From positions 1 to 64,000 of the IMG/VR virus record IMGVR_UViG_3300009168_000041: DNA of 64,000 bases. One strand, written 5' to 3'. Under the pieces are notes generated by a model. The model worked only from the letters and a program-made list of their open reading frames with translations. It was not told where the DNA came from and ran no database searches. The position numbers and the translations under genes are program-made. This stretch comes from a virus. Positions 18,783 through 28,431 of the stretch are shown piece by piece (position 1 is the stretch's first letter; each line of letters begins with the position of its first letter).

Positions 18783-19205
18783 ATGGGACTAGCGGGCTGG
18801 CTCGGCAATCAATGGGGAAACCTTATCGGCCGCAAGCCAGCCCGCACCCGTCGCAAAAACAACAAACTGAAGCTGGCAATCGTCGCGGCGAACGCCGAAA
18901 ACAGCCGGCTCATGGATTGCCTGGCCGCGGCGATACACGAGCGCGACGAATGGAAACAAGAGAGCGAACGCCAACAGGCGACCATCGAGGGCTTGCACGA
19001 TGACAATGCGGACCTTGAAAAGACTATCCGCCGGCTGGAAGAAGAGAAAGAATTACTCAACGCCGATGTCGAGGCGGCCAGCCGAATGATCGACACACAA
19101 CAGTCGTGGCTTGAGCGAATGCAGGCCGTAGAAACAGCCAAAAGGGCGGTAGCCGAGGGCACACGAGGAGCGTCAAATGGCATCGGTTCTTACCGCGTCG
19201 ATTAA
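18783..19205 (+). CDS. Coiled-coil hypothetical protein
   Basis: Heptad E/R/L-rich pattern; overlaps the portal start. Confidence 0.5.
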   Translation: MGLAGWLGNQWGNLIGRKPARTRRKNNKLKLAIVAANAENSRLMDCLAAAIHERDEWKQESERQQATIEGLHDDNADLEKTIRRLEEEKELLNADVEAASRMIDTQQSWLERMQAVETAKRAVAEGTRGASNGIGSYRVD

Positions 19206-21513
19206 GGCCCACCGCGCCCGCCGCGAGGCCGTGGGGCGCAGCCTAGTTTTATCCAAGGCATCATCTTCATCGTCGCCCATGTCCGTCATGACTGGCGGAT
19301 ATCCAAGCTTCATGGAATTGGCCTATGGTACGACGCTGGCCCGCCAGTCTGAGCAGTTCAGGCACTACTGCGGCTGGTCGTACACCGCAATCAATTGCAT
19401 CGCCCGCCGTCTTGCTGGCCAGAAGGTGAAGATGGGGCGCAAAGCCGAGGCGGCGGCCGAGATATCCACCTGGGCGTGGGACCGGCCGCCCGGCCGCAAG
19501 ATCCCCTTCCATACGCGACTCAAGGCCCCGGAATTCGTCAAGTCGATTGATTCGGACATCGAGGTAATCGAGACGCACCCGCTCTTAGACGCGGTGCAAA
19601 ATCCCAACCCAATCATGACATCATGGGACTTGCTGTTCTTCACCGTGGCCGGGCTGGAAATCACGGGGTTGGCCTATTGGTGGATTACCGATGACACTGG
19701 AGACGGTGAGGACCGGATGCAAATCTGGCCTCTGCCAAGCGATTGGGTGACGCCCAAGCACGGCAAGACGCTTTTCGAGAGCTACGTCATTCAGCCGCCC
19801 GGCCAGTTTGGGGTCAAGGTGGAAGTGGACGCTTCTGAGATTGTGCGGTTTCCGCTCATCGACCCCGCCAACCCACTTGGTACCGTTTCCCCGATGCAAG
19901 CGCAGGCCCCGGCCATAGCGGTTGACGAGGAAATTCAGGTTGCCCAGCATCGGGCGATGAAGAATGATGTGATTCCTGGCTTGGTATTTCGAGTTGGCAG
20001 GTTGCCATCAATGACCGGCATCGGCGAAGGGCCGCGGCCTGTACTTACAACAGAACAACGCCGCGAGCTTTATGACACCATTCGTGTGACTCACCAGGGG
20101 GTCGTCAATTTCCGAATGCCGCTCATCATCGACGGCATGATTGAGGGTGTAGATAGAGTTACCTACGCCCCGGCGGAACTCGACTTCCTCAACTCGGGCA
20201 ACGCGGTCAAGAGTCGCATTTTTCAGTCCTATGGCGTCAACCCGATCGTGGCCGGCGAGATTGCCGGTGTGAATCGGGCCCAAGCCGCCGTGGCTGATAG
20301 CATCTTCCTGCGCGGCGTCTGCAATCCGATCGCCGAAATGATCGGTCAAAAAATGACGCAGCACATCGGCAAGAAGGACGTTTTCTTCTGGCTGGAGATG
20401 CTAGAGGCAGACGATCCGGAATTGAAGTTGCGGCAAATGACAGAGGCAAGCCGCTTGAAGACGGAAAGCGGCAAAGGATTGGTGACGAAAAACGAGTGGC
20501 GGGCACAAATCCTTGGTCTGCCGCCAACGGACGATGGGGAAGAGACGGTAAGCAGTTCACCAGCCCCGCCGCCCAATCCGTTCGGAGTCGGTTTCCCTGG
20601 TCAGACGCCCGGCGGGCCGCCGAAGCTGGGGGAGAAGCCGGGGGATGAGGATGAAGACGGCAAGCCGCGTGGTAAGCTGCTGCCGCCGAAACCAGGTGGG
20701 GAAGGGAGCGGGGCAGGGAATGATACTGGTAACATTGAGGCAGCAGAAGAAAGCAGTAAGTCTGCTATCCGTCAAGTGAAGTTCGACTCCAATCAGCCGC
20801 GCGAACCGGCGGGAAGCCCCGAGGGCGGACAGTGGGCGGGAGGCGAAGGTAGTGGTGGTGGAAGTGGCGGCAGAATGGGTGATACATCGCGTTCATCGCG
20901 CCCGTTTGCTGATCCTTCTATCAAACGGGAATTTAATCCCAAAACTCTGCCGATTAATGCGCTGACATCAAGTACATCCAAGATATCTGATGATTCTAAG
21001 GAAGCGTTGAAGTGGTGGACTAGCGCAGATACCCAGTTCTCAAAAATAAACCGGGCGTTGTGGTCCGACAAGCCGATGCCGGCGAAACTCCAGTCTCTCC
21101 ATAATCGCATCGTCAAAGGTATTGAAGAGGCAAGACCGGTTGCTGAGGGTACCGTTGCCTATCGCGGGATTACACTGAAATCGACACGAGCTAGGGATGA
21201 ATTGGTCAAACAATTCGAGAAGTCGGCGGCCAGTGGTGAGCCTGTCACTATGAAAGGGTTTACTGCGACTTCGCTTGACCCAGAGCTATCTCGCAGTCTC
21301 TACGCCGGTGAACGATGGAAGGCTGTAATGTTTGAAATACGCCCAAAGAATGGCGTGTATCTATCACCTATTAGTACGGTGCCGAGCGAACAGGAATTGC
21401 TGATGAAACCCGGTGCCAAGTTTCGTGTAGCTGGGGTTCAGAAAAGCGTACTTGTCGGTTGGCAGACAGTTCAAGGCACGGGCCATATCCTCATTCAACT
21501 GGAGGAGGTGTAA
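19177..21513 (+). CDS. HK97-type portal protein fused to C-terminal ADP-ribosyltransferase (VIP2/Alt-like, R-S-ExE class)
   Basis: Portal motifs HPLL...NPNP.MT, GLAYWWI, IWPLP, SPM, NEWR...GLPP; then INRAL, AYRG, GFTATS, SEQELL. Confidence 0.85.
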   Translation: MASVLTASIKAHRARREAVGRSLVLSKASSSSSPMSVMTGGYPSFMELAYGTTLARQSEQFRHYCGWSYTAINCIARRLAGQKVKMGRKAEAAAEISTWAWDRPPGRKIPFHTRLKAPEFVKSIDSDIEVIETHPLLDAVQNPNPIMTSWDLLFFTVAGLEITGLAYWWITDDTGDGEDRMQIWPLPSDWVTPKHGKTLFESYVIQPPGQFGVKVEVDASEIVRFPLIDPANPLGTVSPMQAQAPAIAVDEEIQVAQHRAMKNDVIPGLVFRVGRLPSMTGIGEGPRPVLTTEQRRELYDTIRVTHQGVVNFRMPLIIDGMIEGVDRVTYAPAELDFLNSGNAVKSRIFQSYGVNPIVAGEIAGVNRAQAAVADSIFLRGVCNPIAEMIGQKMTQHIGKKDVFFWLEMLEADDPELKLRQMTEASRLKTESGKGLVTKNEWRAQILGLPPTDDGEETVSSSPAPPPNPFGVGFPGQTPGGPPKLGEKPGDEDEDGKPRGKLLPPKPGGEGSGAGNDTGNIEAAEESSKSAIRQVKFDSNQPREPAGSPEGGQWAGGEGSGGGSGGRMGDTSRSSRPFADPSIKREFNPKTLPINALTSSTSKISDDSKEALKWWTSADTQFSKINRALWSDKPMPAKLQSLHNRIVKGIEEARPVAEGTVAYRGITLKSTRARDELVKQFEKSAASGEPVTMKGFTATSLDPELSRSLYAGERWKAVMFEIRPKNGVYLSPISTVPSEQELLMKPGAKFRVAGVQKSVLVGWQTVQGTGHILIQLEEV

Positions 21514-21514
21514 C

Positions 21515-21670
21515 GTGAGTCGGTTCTCTGCTGTATTGGATGAGATTGTATTTGGCACTACGCCAGCAAGGGATATCATCGACGATGAAGAGGAAGAGGA
21601 AGAGGAGGATGATGAAGAGACGCATTCTCGCCCGCCCGCGAAGCCGCAACCGGAAGGTGCCGAGGGATGA
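21515..21670 (+). CDS. Small acidic protein, candidate ART inhibitor
   Basis: GGAGGAGG RBS, GTG start 1 nt after the portal-ART stop, poly-Glu/Asp. Confidence 0.5.
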   Translation: MSRFSAVLDEIVFGTTPARDIIDDEEEEEEEDDEETHSRPPAKPQPEGAEG

Positions 21671-21894
21671 CGCCGCAAACATTTTCTGTCTTTTCTATCT
21701 GGGGACCGACACCTTATACTCCCAACACGCTTCGGCAAGGCGAAGGGCCTGTGGTGTTTGGCGACGGAACAGTAGACGCCGAATGTGTGATAAAGTTTGC
21801 GACGTTCTTAGCACCCACTTGGGAAGATGCTTGCAAAGTGTATGAGGTCTTCCGCGGAGAGATCGAGTGGATGCGAGCGCAGGCACAGACGTGA
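21667..21894 (+). CDS. Hypothetical protein
   Basis: ATGA overlap with the previous stop. Confidence 0.4.
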   Translation: MTPQTFSVFSIWGPTPYTPNTLRQGEGPVVFGDGTVDAECVIKFATFLAPTWEDACKVYEVFRGEIEWMRAQAQT

Positions 21895-21911
21895 ATGCAG
21901 GCGTGAACGCA

Positions 21912-24215
21912 ATGTCTAATCGCGAATCTCTTATCGCCCGCAAGTCTTGGCTTCGCGACGCCTCGATTGCCCTCTGGACGAAAGCTGAACGCGAGGCGGC
22001 ACGCGAAGTCTACGATGCGGCATATCTCTTTTGTCAGGCCCAGCGGCGGGCCGTGGCGGCTGATTTGCGGCGGATTCACGACGACAGCCCCGGTACGAAC
22101 ACGGCGGACAAGATTGAGGCGGACGTTCTGAAAACAAAGGATTGGGAGAAGCTGCTGCGGGATACGGTTGGCGTGGCGGTGGTCAAGACGGTGGCGAGGG
22201 GGTATTTGGCGGCGAAGGCGGCGCAGGTGGGGCGGCGCAGGAGGCAGGCGGCGGGGGTGTGGGGGAAGGGTGGTCCTGGCTCGGGGAATTTCGGCCATGC
22301 TGGCAGGCCAGGAATGGTAGGTGGAAGCGCGGCGGGGGAAGGTGGTGGCACTTCTAGAGTGTCGTGGCCACATGGAGGAAGAAAGCCCGATACGGTATAT
22401 CGGATTCAACCGCAAGGTGCCAATTTACACGGTCAACAGTCCGAGACAAGCAACGGCGAGGTTATTGGTGGAGTTTTTGTATTTGATAACCTCAATGAAC
22501 TAGCTGCGATTGACTGGATGAATGAACCAGACGTTGAGCTTGTCGAAATTAGGATTGAACCCGGCGATACATTCCGAACATTTGACCAAGAGGGTACGGG
22601 ACTTCGGCAAGGCCGTGGTCAGGTTGTAGGTCGTATTCGCTTTGATGATGTTCGTGCTGCACGTGAATGGGCTGTCGAGGAACAAAGTAAAGACAACAAA
22701 AAGACCAGTAGAGTTGATGCCCGTAAATTTACTAAGCAAGGTTGGTCCGATGCCCCGCTCACCGACGCCGAGGAAGCCGAAATTCTCTCATTCGAGCTTC
22801 CGCCGTCCGTCACCCGCCGCGTCTTCGCTCACTCTGCCGAAATCATATCCAAGCCTTATTGGAAGGACGTGACGCAAACGGGGCTGGAATCCATGAAGTG
22901 GAGCATCCAGGAGGGCATCGAAGAGGGTAAGACGCTCAAGCAGATCGCCGATGACATCCAGGGGGACATTGACTCGGATAAAGTGCGTGCGAGGCGGATT
23001 GCAACGACGGAAGTTTCGGGGGCTTACGCCGCAGGCGCGCTTACCGAAGCCGAGGAAGCGGAAGCCGCGGGCGTGCGGATTGCGAAAACATGGATTACCA
23101 TCGGCGACGACAAGGTGCGTCCGCAGCACGAGGATATGGACGGTACGGTTGTGGAGGGTGCGGCCGGACTATTCAACGTCGATGGGGTCGAGGTGCCGTA
23201 TCCGGCGCACCCGGACTTGCCGGCAGCTAGTCGATGTAATTGTCGTTGCACGATGAGCATAGAGCCGATCCTTGAGGGTGAGACGGCCGCCCAGCATATC
23301 GAGGCGTACAAGGCGATAAGAGAGGCGGCAAGATGGCTCAAGTTCGACCCGGACCAGCCGCGTGACCCCGACGGCAAGTGGTCTGGCGGCGGTTCGTATC
23401 ACGCCGTCACTCGCGACAGCAACGGCACAGTTCGGCACAGCGATGGCAAAGTGAGCAAGGAACTCACGGCACGAGCGAAGGCGCTGCGTCTGCCGCCCGC
23501 GTGGACGGACTTGAAAATGAGCGCCGATCCCAAAAACGCTTTACAGGCCACGGGCAAAGACGCCAAGAGCCGCACCCAGTATGTCTATTCGGCGGCGCAT
23601 TCCGAGCGGGCGGCTGCCGAAAAGTTTGGGCGTGTGAAGCGGCTTATTAAAGAGCTTCCGGCCATCGACAAAAGCATTCGCCGCGATGCATCCACGAAAG
23701 ACGAGGCGGCCGTATTGCTTCTCATGCGGAAGACAGGGATTCGCATTGGCTCGGAACGGGATACGAAAGCTGAGAAGCAAGCTTATGGGGCATCGACATT
23801 GCGGGCAGAGCACGTCAAGATCGCCGGCGACAAGGTAACGCTCGCATTCACTGGCAAGAAGGGTGTTGATATCCGGCTGGAAGTCAAAGACAAGGAGCTT
23901 GTCGAGGTGCTCAGAAGTCGAATGGAAAAAGGCGGGAAGCTGTTTGACACTGACGACACGCGGGTAAGGGATTACATGCACTCAATCGACGGCAAATTCA
24001 AACCAAAAGACTTACGGACGATCAAGGCGGCGGACGTAGCACTGCAAACAATGAAGGGCATGTCGTCCCCGAAGAGCCAGGCGGAATTCAAAAAGTTCCG
24101 CAACGCGATAGGCGATGCAGTGGCGGCCAAGCTAGGAAACACGCGGGCCGTGGCGTTGGCAAGCTATGTGCCGCCCGAGGTCTTTTCACCGTGGAAGGCG
24201 AAGCTGGGGATATGA
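21912..24215 (+). CDS. Phage MuF minor head protein with an internal cargo domain and C-terminal DNA topoisomerase IB
   Basis: RARRIATTE, KTW...DDKVRPQH, NCRC (MuF); LPPAW, GKDAKSRTQY, GIRIG, GKKG, KDLRT, LGNT, SYV (complete TopIB catalytic set). Confidence 0.88.
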   Translation: MSNRESLIARKSWLRDASIALWTKAEREAAREVYDAAYLFCQAQRRAVAADLRRIHDDSPGTNTADKIEADVLKTKDWEKLLRDTVGVAVVKTVARGYLAAKAAQVGRRRRQAAGVWGKGGPGSGNFGHAGRPGMVGGSAAGEGGGTSRVSWPHGGRKPDTVYRIQPQGANLHGQQSETSNGEVIGGVFVFDNLNELAAIDWMNEPDVELVEIRIEPGDTFRTFDQEGTGLRQGRGQVVGRIRFDDVRAAREWAVEEQSKDNKKTSRVDARKFTKQGWSDAPLTDAEEAEILSFELPPSVTRRVFAHSAEIISKPYWKDVTQTGLESMKWSIQEGIEEGKTLKQIADDIQGDIDSDKVRARRIATTEVSGAYAAGALTEAEEAEAAGVRIAKTWITIGDDKVRPQHEDMDGTVVEGAAGLFNVDGVEVPYPAHPDLPAASRCNCRCTMSIEPILEGETAAQHIEAYKAIREAARWLKFDPDQPRDPDGKWSGGGSYHAVTRDSNGTVRHSDGKVSKELTARAKALRLPPAWTDLKMSADPKNALQATGKDAKSRTQYVYSAAHSERAAAEKFGRVKRLIKELPAIDKSIRRDASTKDEAAVLLLMRKTGIRIGSERDTKAEKQAYGASTLRAEHVKIAGDKVTLAFTGKKGVDIRLEVKDKELVEVLRSRMEKGGKLFDTDDTRVRDYMHSIDGKFKPKDLRTIKAADVALQTMKGMSSPKSQAEFKKFRNAIGDAVAAKLGNTRAVALASYVPPEVFSPWKAKLGI
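22734..22765 (+). repeat. 32-bp direct repeat copy 1 (encodes KQGWSDAPLT)
   Basis: 31/32 identical to 25178-25209. Confidence 0.9.
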
Positions 24216-25243
24216 GCGCACAAGAAGACTACAGCAGACTCGAAGCGTGGGCGGATTCCGTCCATTATGTCGGCGTCGGTGGCGGCAACCAGTGGGATGA
24301 CGATGAGACGCTTGCGGCGGAATGGTGGGATACGCCGGAGACGCAAGATGATCCCGACGATGAGGAGGATGAGGATAATGTTTCATCAGATACGTCGAAG
24401 CGATTTGCGGAAGTGTTAGGCAAGGGCGGCCCGGGGAGCGGCAACTTTGGACACGCGGGGCGGCCGGGAGAAGTCGGGGGGAGTGGGCCGGGGGGCGCGA
24501 CGGGCGAGGTGAACCCGAAGGTCGAGGCGTGGGCGCGGCAGCGGTTCGGCAGTGAGGAGAAGGCGCAGGCATTTACCAAATGGTTTGGACAGAGCAAAGT
24601 AGTCGATGAGAATGGCGAGCCGCTGGTCGTGTATCATGGGAATCGAGGTGAATCGTTCAATGAATTCGATGCGAGTAAGAATCGTGAACCACCGATGCCG
24701 AATGGATTGAAGCCGTGGTTTTTTGCCAATGATGAGACTATAGCTGGCAGTTATGGGCCAAATATCCAGTCATTCTATCTGCGAATGGATAATGTATTAG
24801 ACGTAACAGAAGTTCCTGTCTGGAATAAGGAGACTGCTGAACGAGATTCAATGTTTGTCCGTTCAGGGGACTACCGCAGGTTTCCTTATTCTTTACGAAA
24901 GGAACTGGAACAAGATGGAGTAAAGGGCGAAACTGATACGCAGCATATTCTTGATTGGATGGACAGTAAAGGCATCGCCTATGCTAAATGGAATTATGCC
25001 AACGCAATGAAGAAGTTTGGTACAAAGTATGATGGGATCATTGCCCGTAACACCCTAGATACATTCGGATCCGAGACACGGGGAGATATCTATATTGCCT
25101 TTAGACCCACTCAAATCAAGTCCACCAACAACCGTGGCACGTTCTCGCCGGACTCATCCGACATCCGCAAGTCCATCAAGCAAGGTTGGTCCGACGCCCC
25201 GCTCACCGAAGGCATCGAAAGCAAGGAGGCGGATACGGAATGA
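24212..25243 (+). CDS. Acidic N-module plus ART-PolyVal-like ADP-ribosyltransferase cassette
   Basis: AFTKWFGQSKVVDENGEPLVVYHG...FD, YDGII, IAFRPTQIKS..NRGTF motifs typical of the polyvalent-protein ART domain. Confidence 0.75.
   Translation: MSAQEDYSRLEAWADSVHYVGVGGGNQWDDDETLAAEWWDTPETQDDPDDEEDEDNVSSDTSKRFAEVLGKGGPGSGNFGHAGRPGEVGGSGPGGATGEVNPKVEAWARQRFGSEEKAQAFTKWFGQSKVVDENGEPLVVYHGNRGESFNEFDASKNREPPMPNGLKPWFFANDETIAGSYGPNIQSFYLRMDNVLDVTEVPVWNKETAERDSMFVRSGDYRRFPYSLRKELEQDGVKGETDTQHILDWMDSKGIAYAKWNYANAMKKFGTKYDGIIARNTLDTFGSETRGDIYIAFRPTQIKSTNNRGTFSPDSSDIRKSIKQGWSDAPLTEGIESKEADTE
25178..25209 (+). repeat. 32-bp direct repeat copy 2 (encodes KQGWSDAPLT)
   Basis: 31/32 identical to 22734-22765. 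Confidence 0.9.
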
Positions 25244-25992
25244 CCGGCTGTTTCGTCCGCGCCCTCTGGGGTGACGAGTACACGCAAGCCCACCCGGGCA
25301 CGCGCCCGCGCCCGTGCAAGACCCGCATGGATGTGCGGGCCGCTCTCCAGTGGCCGAACCGCCTTACCTCTCCCGTGGCCGTCTACAGCTTCGGCGTGGC
25401 CAACCAGCGATTCCTGGAGAAGTTGGGCGTGCGGTCGGTCATGCTGTCTGACGAGTACCTCCCTGGCTGCTTCAGCGGCGACGACCGGAACGTCAAAAAG
25501 CACGGGCAAGTCCACTGGGGCGTCAACCCGTTCAAGTACAAGATTGACGCGATTGCCGACGCCCTGAAAACCTATCCCGATGTCGTCTGGCTCGACTGGG
25601 ACGTGGAACCCGTCGCTCCCGAGCCGCCGGACCTATGGGAAAAACTAGCATGGGACCAGCCGCTCCAGGCGGCCGTGCGAACGCTCCGGGCCCGCTCGGC
25701 GAAGTGGCGGACGGGTGACGAGGCGGGAATGCGGGTTCAGCATCATGGGGCGTTCGTGTACATACGTGGACGCGAAACCGTGCGGCGGCTGCAAACCCTC
25801 GTGGCCGAACGCCCAACGGAGACGGAGGAGCACGCCATCGGCCGGCTGGTTGACGAGATGATGGGCGGCCGGTGGCTCGGGCTGGACACGTATCGGGAAA
25901 TGGGGTTCGTGCCATATTGCTATGACGTAGGGGACAAGCACAATAAGGTGTGGGACGCGGAAGAGGTGGTGTTTATGAACAGGGGAAGATAA
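25240..25992 (+). CDS. Putative GT-A glycosyltransferase, paralog 1
   Basis: CFVRALWGD N-terminal motif; VVWLDWDV DxD motif. Confidence 0.6.
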   Translation: MTGCFVRALWGDEYTQAHPGTRPRPCKTRMDVRAALQWPNRLTSPVAVYSFGVANQRFLEKLGVRSVMLSDEYLPGCFSGDDRNVKKHGQVHWGVNPFKYKIDAIADALKTYPDVVWLDWDVEPVAPEPPDLWEKLAWDQPLQAAVRTLRARSAKWRTGDEAGMRVQHHGAFVYIRGRETVRRLQTLVAERPTETEEHAIGRLVDEMMGGRWLGLDTYREMGFVPYCYDVGDKHNKVWDAEEVVFMNRGR

Positions 25993-26010
25993 CAAACGTG
26001 AAGGAATATC

Positions 26011-27051
26011 ATGCGAATTGTAGTAACGGGCGCGGTGGGCTTCATTGGCTCTTGGTTGTGCGAGCGGCTGATTGCCGATGAGCGTGATGTCGTCGGCGTG
26101 GACGATTTCAGCACGGGGCGGCACGAGAATGTCGGCTGCCTATTGAACGGCGACAGTCGTATGAGGATGTACTGTCATGACGCGGGCGACAAACTAATGA
26201 TGGAGCCAATTATCGCCGAGGCTGATTTTGTGTTCCATTTGGCTGCTACCGTAGGCGTCTTTCAGTACATGCAGGCAAGTGTCACAACCGTCCGCAATAA
26301 CGTCAACACCAGCGATACGGTGTTCGGGCTCTGCAATCGCTACCGCGTGCCGGTGCTCTTTACGAGCACGTCGGAAGTCTACGGCAAGTCGGCGGACGTG
26401 CCGTTCCGCGAGGATGCCGATATCGTCTTAGGGCCGTCCGAGCGGGCGCGGTGGGGCTACGCCGCAAGCAAGCTGACGGATGAGTTTTTGGCACTGGCCT
26501 ATCATCGGCAGTATGGCTTGCCAGTGCGAATCGTGCGGCTGTTCAATTGCGTTGGGCCGCGCCAGACGGGGCGATACGGTATGGTCGTGCCGCGGTTTGT
26601 CAGCCAGGCCAAAGCGGGGCAGCCGATGACGGTGTTCGGCGACGGCAACCAGACGCGGTGTTTTTGTTCTGTCCACGATATCGTGGATGGACTGATTGCC
26701 ATTGCTGGTTGCGGGGCCGCGGTGGGGCGGGTGGTGAATCTCGGAACTGACGAGGAAGTGTCGATAAACGAATTGGCGGAAGAGGTGGCGTTCTACGTCA
26801 ACCCGCACGGCGGCATTGTGCATGTTTCGTACTCAGAAGCTTACGGGGAAGGGTTCGAGGATATGACGCGGCGGGTGCCGGACATCACGCGGGCAAGGGA
26901 ACTCATCGGTTGGAAGCCGAGGCTATCGCTGGCGGATATTCTCGTAGAGATGGCAAACGAAAGGAATACATCATGCAAGGGGGCTGCTTCGTCCGCTGTC
27001 TCTTCGGCGACGCCACCATCCCCAACTTCGCTTCCGTGCTCAACGAAGTAA
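26011..27051 (+). CDS. NAD-dependent NDP-sugar epimerase/decarboxylase (extended SDR)
   Basis: TGAVGFIG, STSEVYG, YAASK, GDGNQTRCF. Confidence 0.9.
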   Translation: MRIVVTGAVGFIGSWLCERLIADERDVVGVDDFSTGRHENVGCLLNGDSRMRMYCHDAGDKLMMEPIIAEADFVFHLAATVGVFQYMQASVTTVRNNVNTSDTVFGLCNRYRVPVLFTSTSEVYGKSADVPFREDADIVLGPSERARWGYAASKLTDEFLALAYHRQYGLPVRIVRLFNCVGPRQTGRYGMVVPRFVSQAKAGQPMTVFGDGNQTRCFCSVHDIVDGLIAIAGCGAAVGRVVNLGTDEEVSINELAEEVAFYVNPHGGIVHVSYSEAYGEGFEDMTRRVPDITRARELIGWKPRLSLADILVEMANERNTSCKGAASSAVSSATPPSPTSLPCSTK

Positions 27052-27758
27052 AATGGTGCGTCGAGCGGCCCCACCAGCCCGAACCGACGCTCTGGTATGT
27101 CTTCGGCGAAGCCAACCGGGATGTCCTTCGCGATTGTGGTTGCCACCCCATCATGCTCTCGCCGGAACCGTTCTGCTACTTCGGCCACGACGACGGCAGC
27201 GGCATTAGCCACGACGGTCTGGTTCGCGGCGGCTCTAGCCTATGGCGGCACAAGTATCCGGCCATTGCGGACGCCTTGCACGTCTACCCGGCGGCTGTGT
27301 GGCTTGACTTCGATACGTTCCCATCGGGGGTCGTGCCGGCCGACTTCTGGACTCGGCTGGCGGCCGGGGCCGCATTCCAAGGCACCCTCGGGCAAATGGG
27401 CATGAAGCGGGCGAAGTGGCGAACGTGCGATGAGCGAAAGATACCGCTCGGGGCAATGCTCTACTTTCGTGGCCGCGAGTCCATCCAAGCGATGTTGGAC
27501 TTGTACGCCGAACATCCCGGCGAGTGGGACATGGTTGTGCTTGCCCGCCTGGCTGACCAGATGATGGGCGGTTGGAAGGGGCCGGAAGAGTACGTCAAGC
27601 AAGGATTTCAATTGTACTGCCACATACTGCTGCGGCGGCTGCGGTGGCAAGTCTACGCACCGGAGCAGCGGCTATTCGTGACGTTGACGGAGCATAAGCA
27701 GACGGTTCGCAAGGCGATAAAGGAATTGCAGGGTGGAATTGCGGACGGCGGAAATTGA
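26973..27758 (+). CDS. Putative GT-A glycosyltransferase, paralog 2
   Basis: CFVRCLFGD; VWLDFD; MMGGW. Confidence 0.6.
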   Translation: MQGGCFVRCLFGDATIPNFASVLNEVKWCVERPHQPEPTLWYVFGEANRDVLRDCGCHPIMLSPEPFCYFGHDDGSGISHDGLVRGGSSLWRHKYPAIADALHVYPAAVWLDFDTFPSGVVPADFWTRLAAGAAFQGTLGQMGMKRAKWRTCDERKIPLGAMLYFRGRESIQAMLDLYAEHPGEWDMVVLARLADQMMGGWKGPEEYVKQGFQLYCHILLRRLRWQVYAPEQRLFVTLTEHKQTVRKAIKELQGGIADGGN

Positions 27759-27963
27759 AGCGGGAGCGGCCAAGGCGGCACCGGAACCCCTGGCTGATAA
27801 CTTGGCTGATAACCCGATGGATAACCCGACGGCTAACCTGACGGCCTTGGTAGGCAACCCACGCTGGGCGCGGGTGCATCGTCGGATATGGGACACGCCA
27901 GGCAGCATTCTGGATATCGGCTGCGCCGGGTGGCAGTGGAGCCGGCAATTCATCGGACGCCGC
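27733..27963 (+). pseudogene. 5' fragment of a SAM-dependent methyltransferase, cut by the IS
   Basis: ILDIGCAG motif I; reading frame runs into the left IR at 27964. Confidence 0.55.
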
Positions 27964-28369
27964 GGTAGTGGTACAGTTTGAGGGGACTGGCAGAAAAAAC
28001 GCCAGGAAATAACCTAGGCCGCCAGTGTAACCAGCGGCCTAGGTTGGAAGTGTGCGCGACCCAGATGGCATAATGTGCGGGTTTTCACCGAGCCTGTAGT
28101 ATTTCCCCGAACGAGACCATCGGGTAATTGATATCTTTCCTTGGTGACGGGCTCAGATCCCAAGGCGCGCCTCCGTCAAAAACTCCGCCAAGCTACACCT
28201 TCCTTTCTCGGCCATGCGGCCGATCTGCTCATCATAGCTATTCGCCGGGTGAAAGCAACTCTTAGCCCCACCCCCCACAGTCTGAGACAAATGGCCGGGG
28301 GGAGATGGTCAGGAATTGTTACGTAAGTTTTCAGGCCGAAGAAAATAATCTTTGGACTGACTTGAGTGG

Positions 28370-28398
28370 TTGACAATCAAATTCGACATTGGTAAACT
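28370..28398 (+). promoter_or_regulatory. Sigma70-like promoter inside the IS
   Basis: TTGACA-17 bp-TAAACT. Confidence 0.55.
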
Positions 28399-28431
28399 TC
28401 TCTCATGGTGCTAGATGCGAGGAGTGGACGT

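Noticed and set aside
22734-25209. Diversity-generating retroelement TR/VR pair
   Set aside because: The repeat is only 32 bp, the single mismatch is T/C, and there is no reverse transcriptase in the window.
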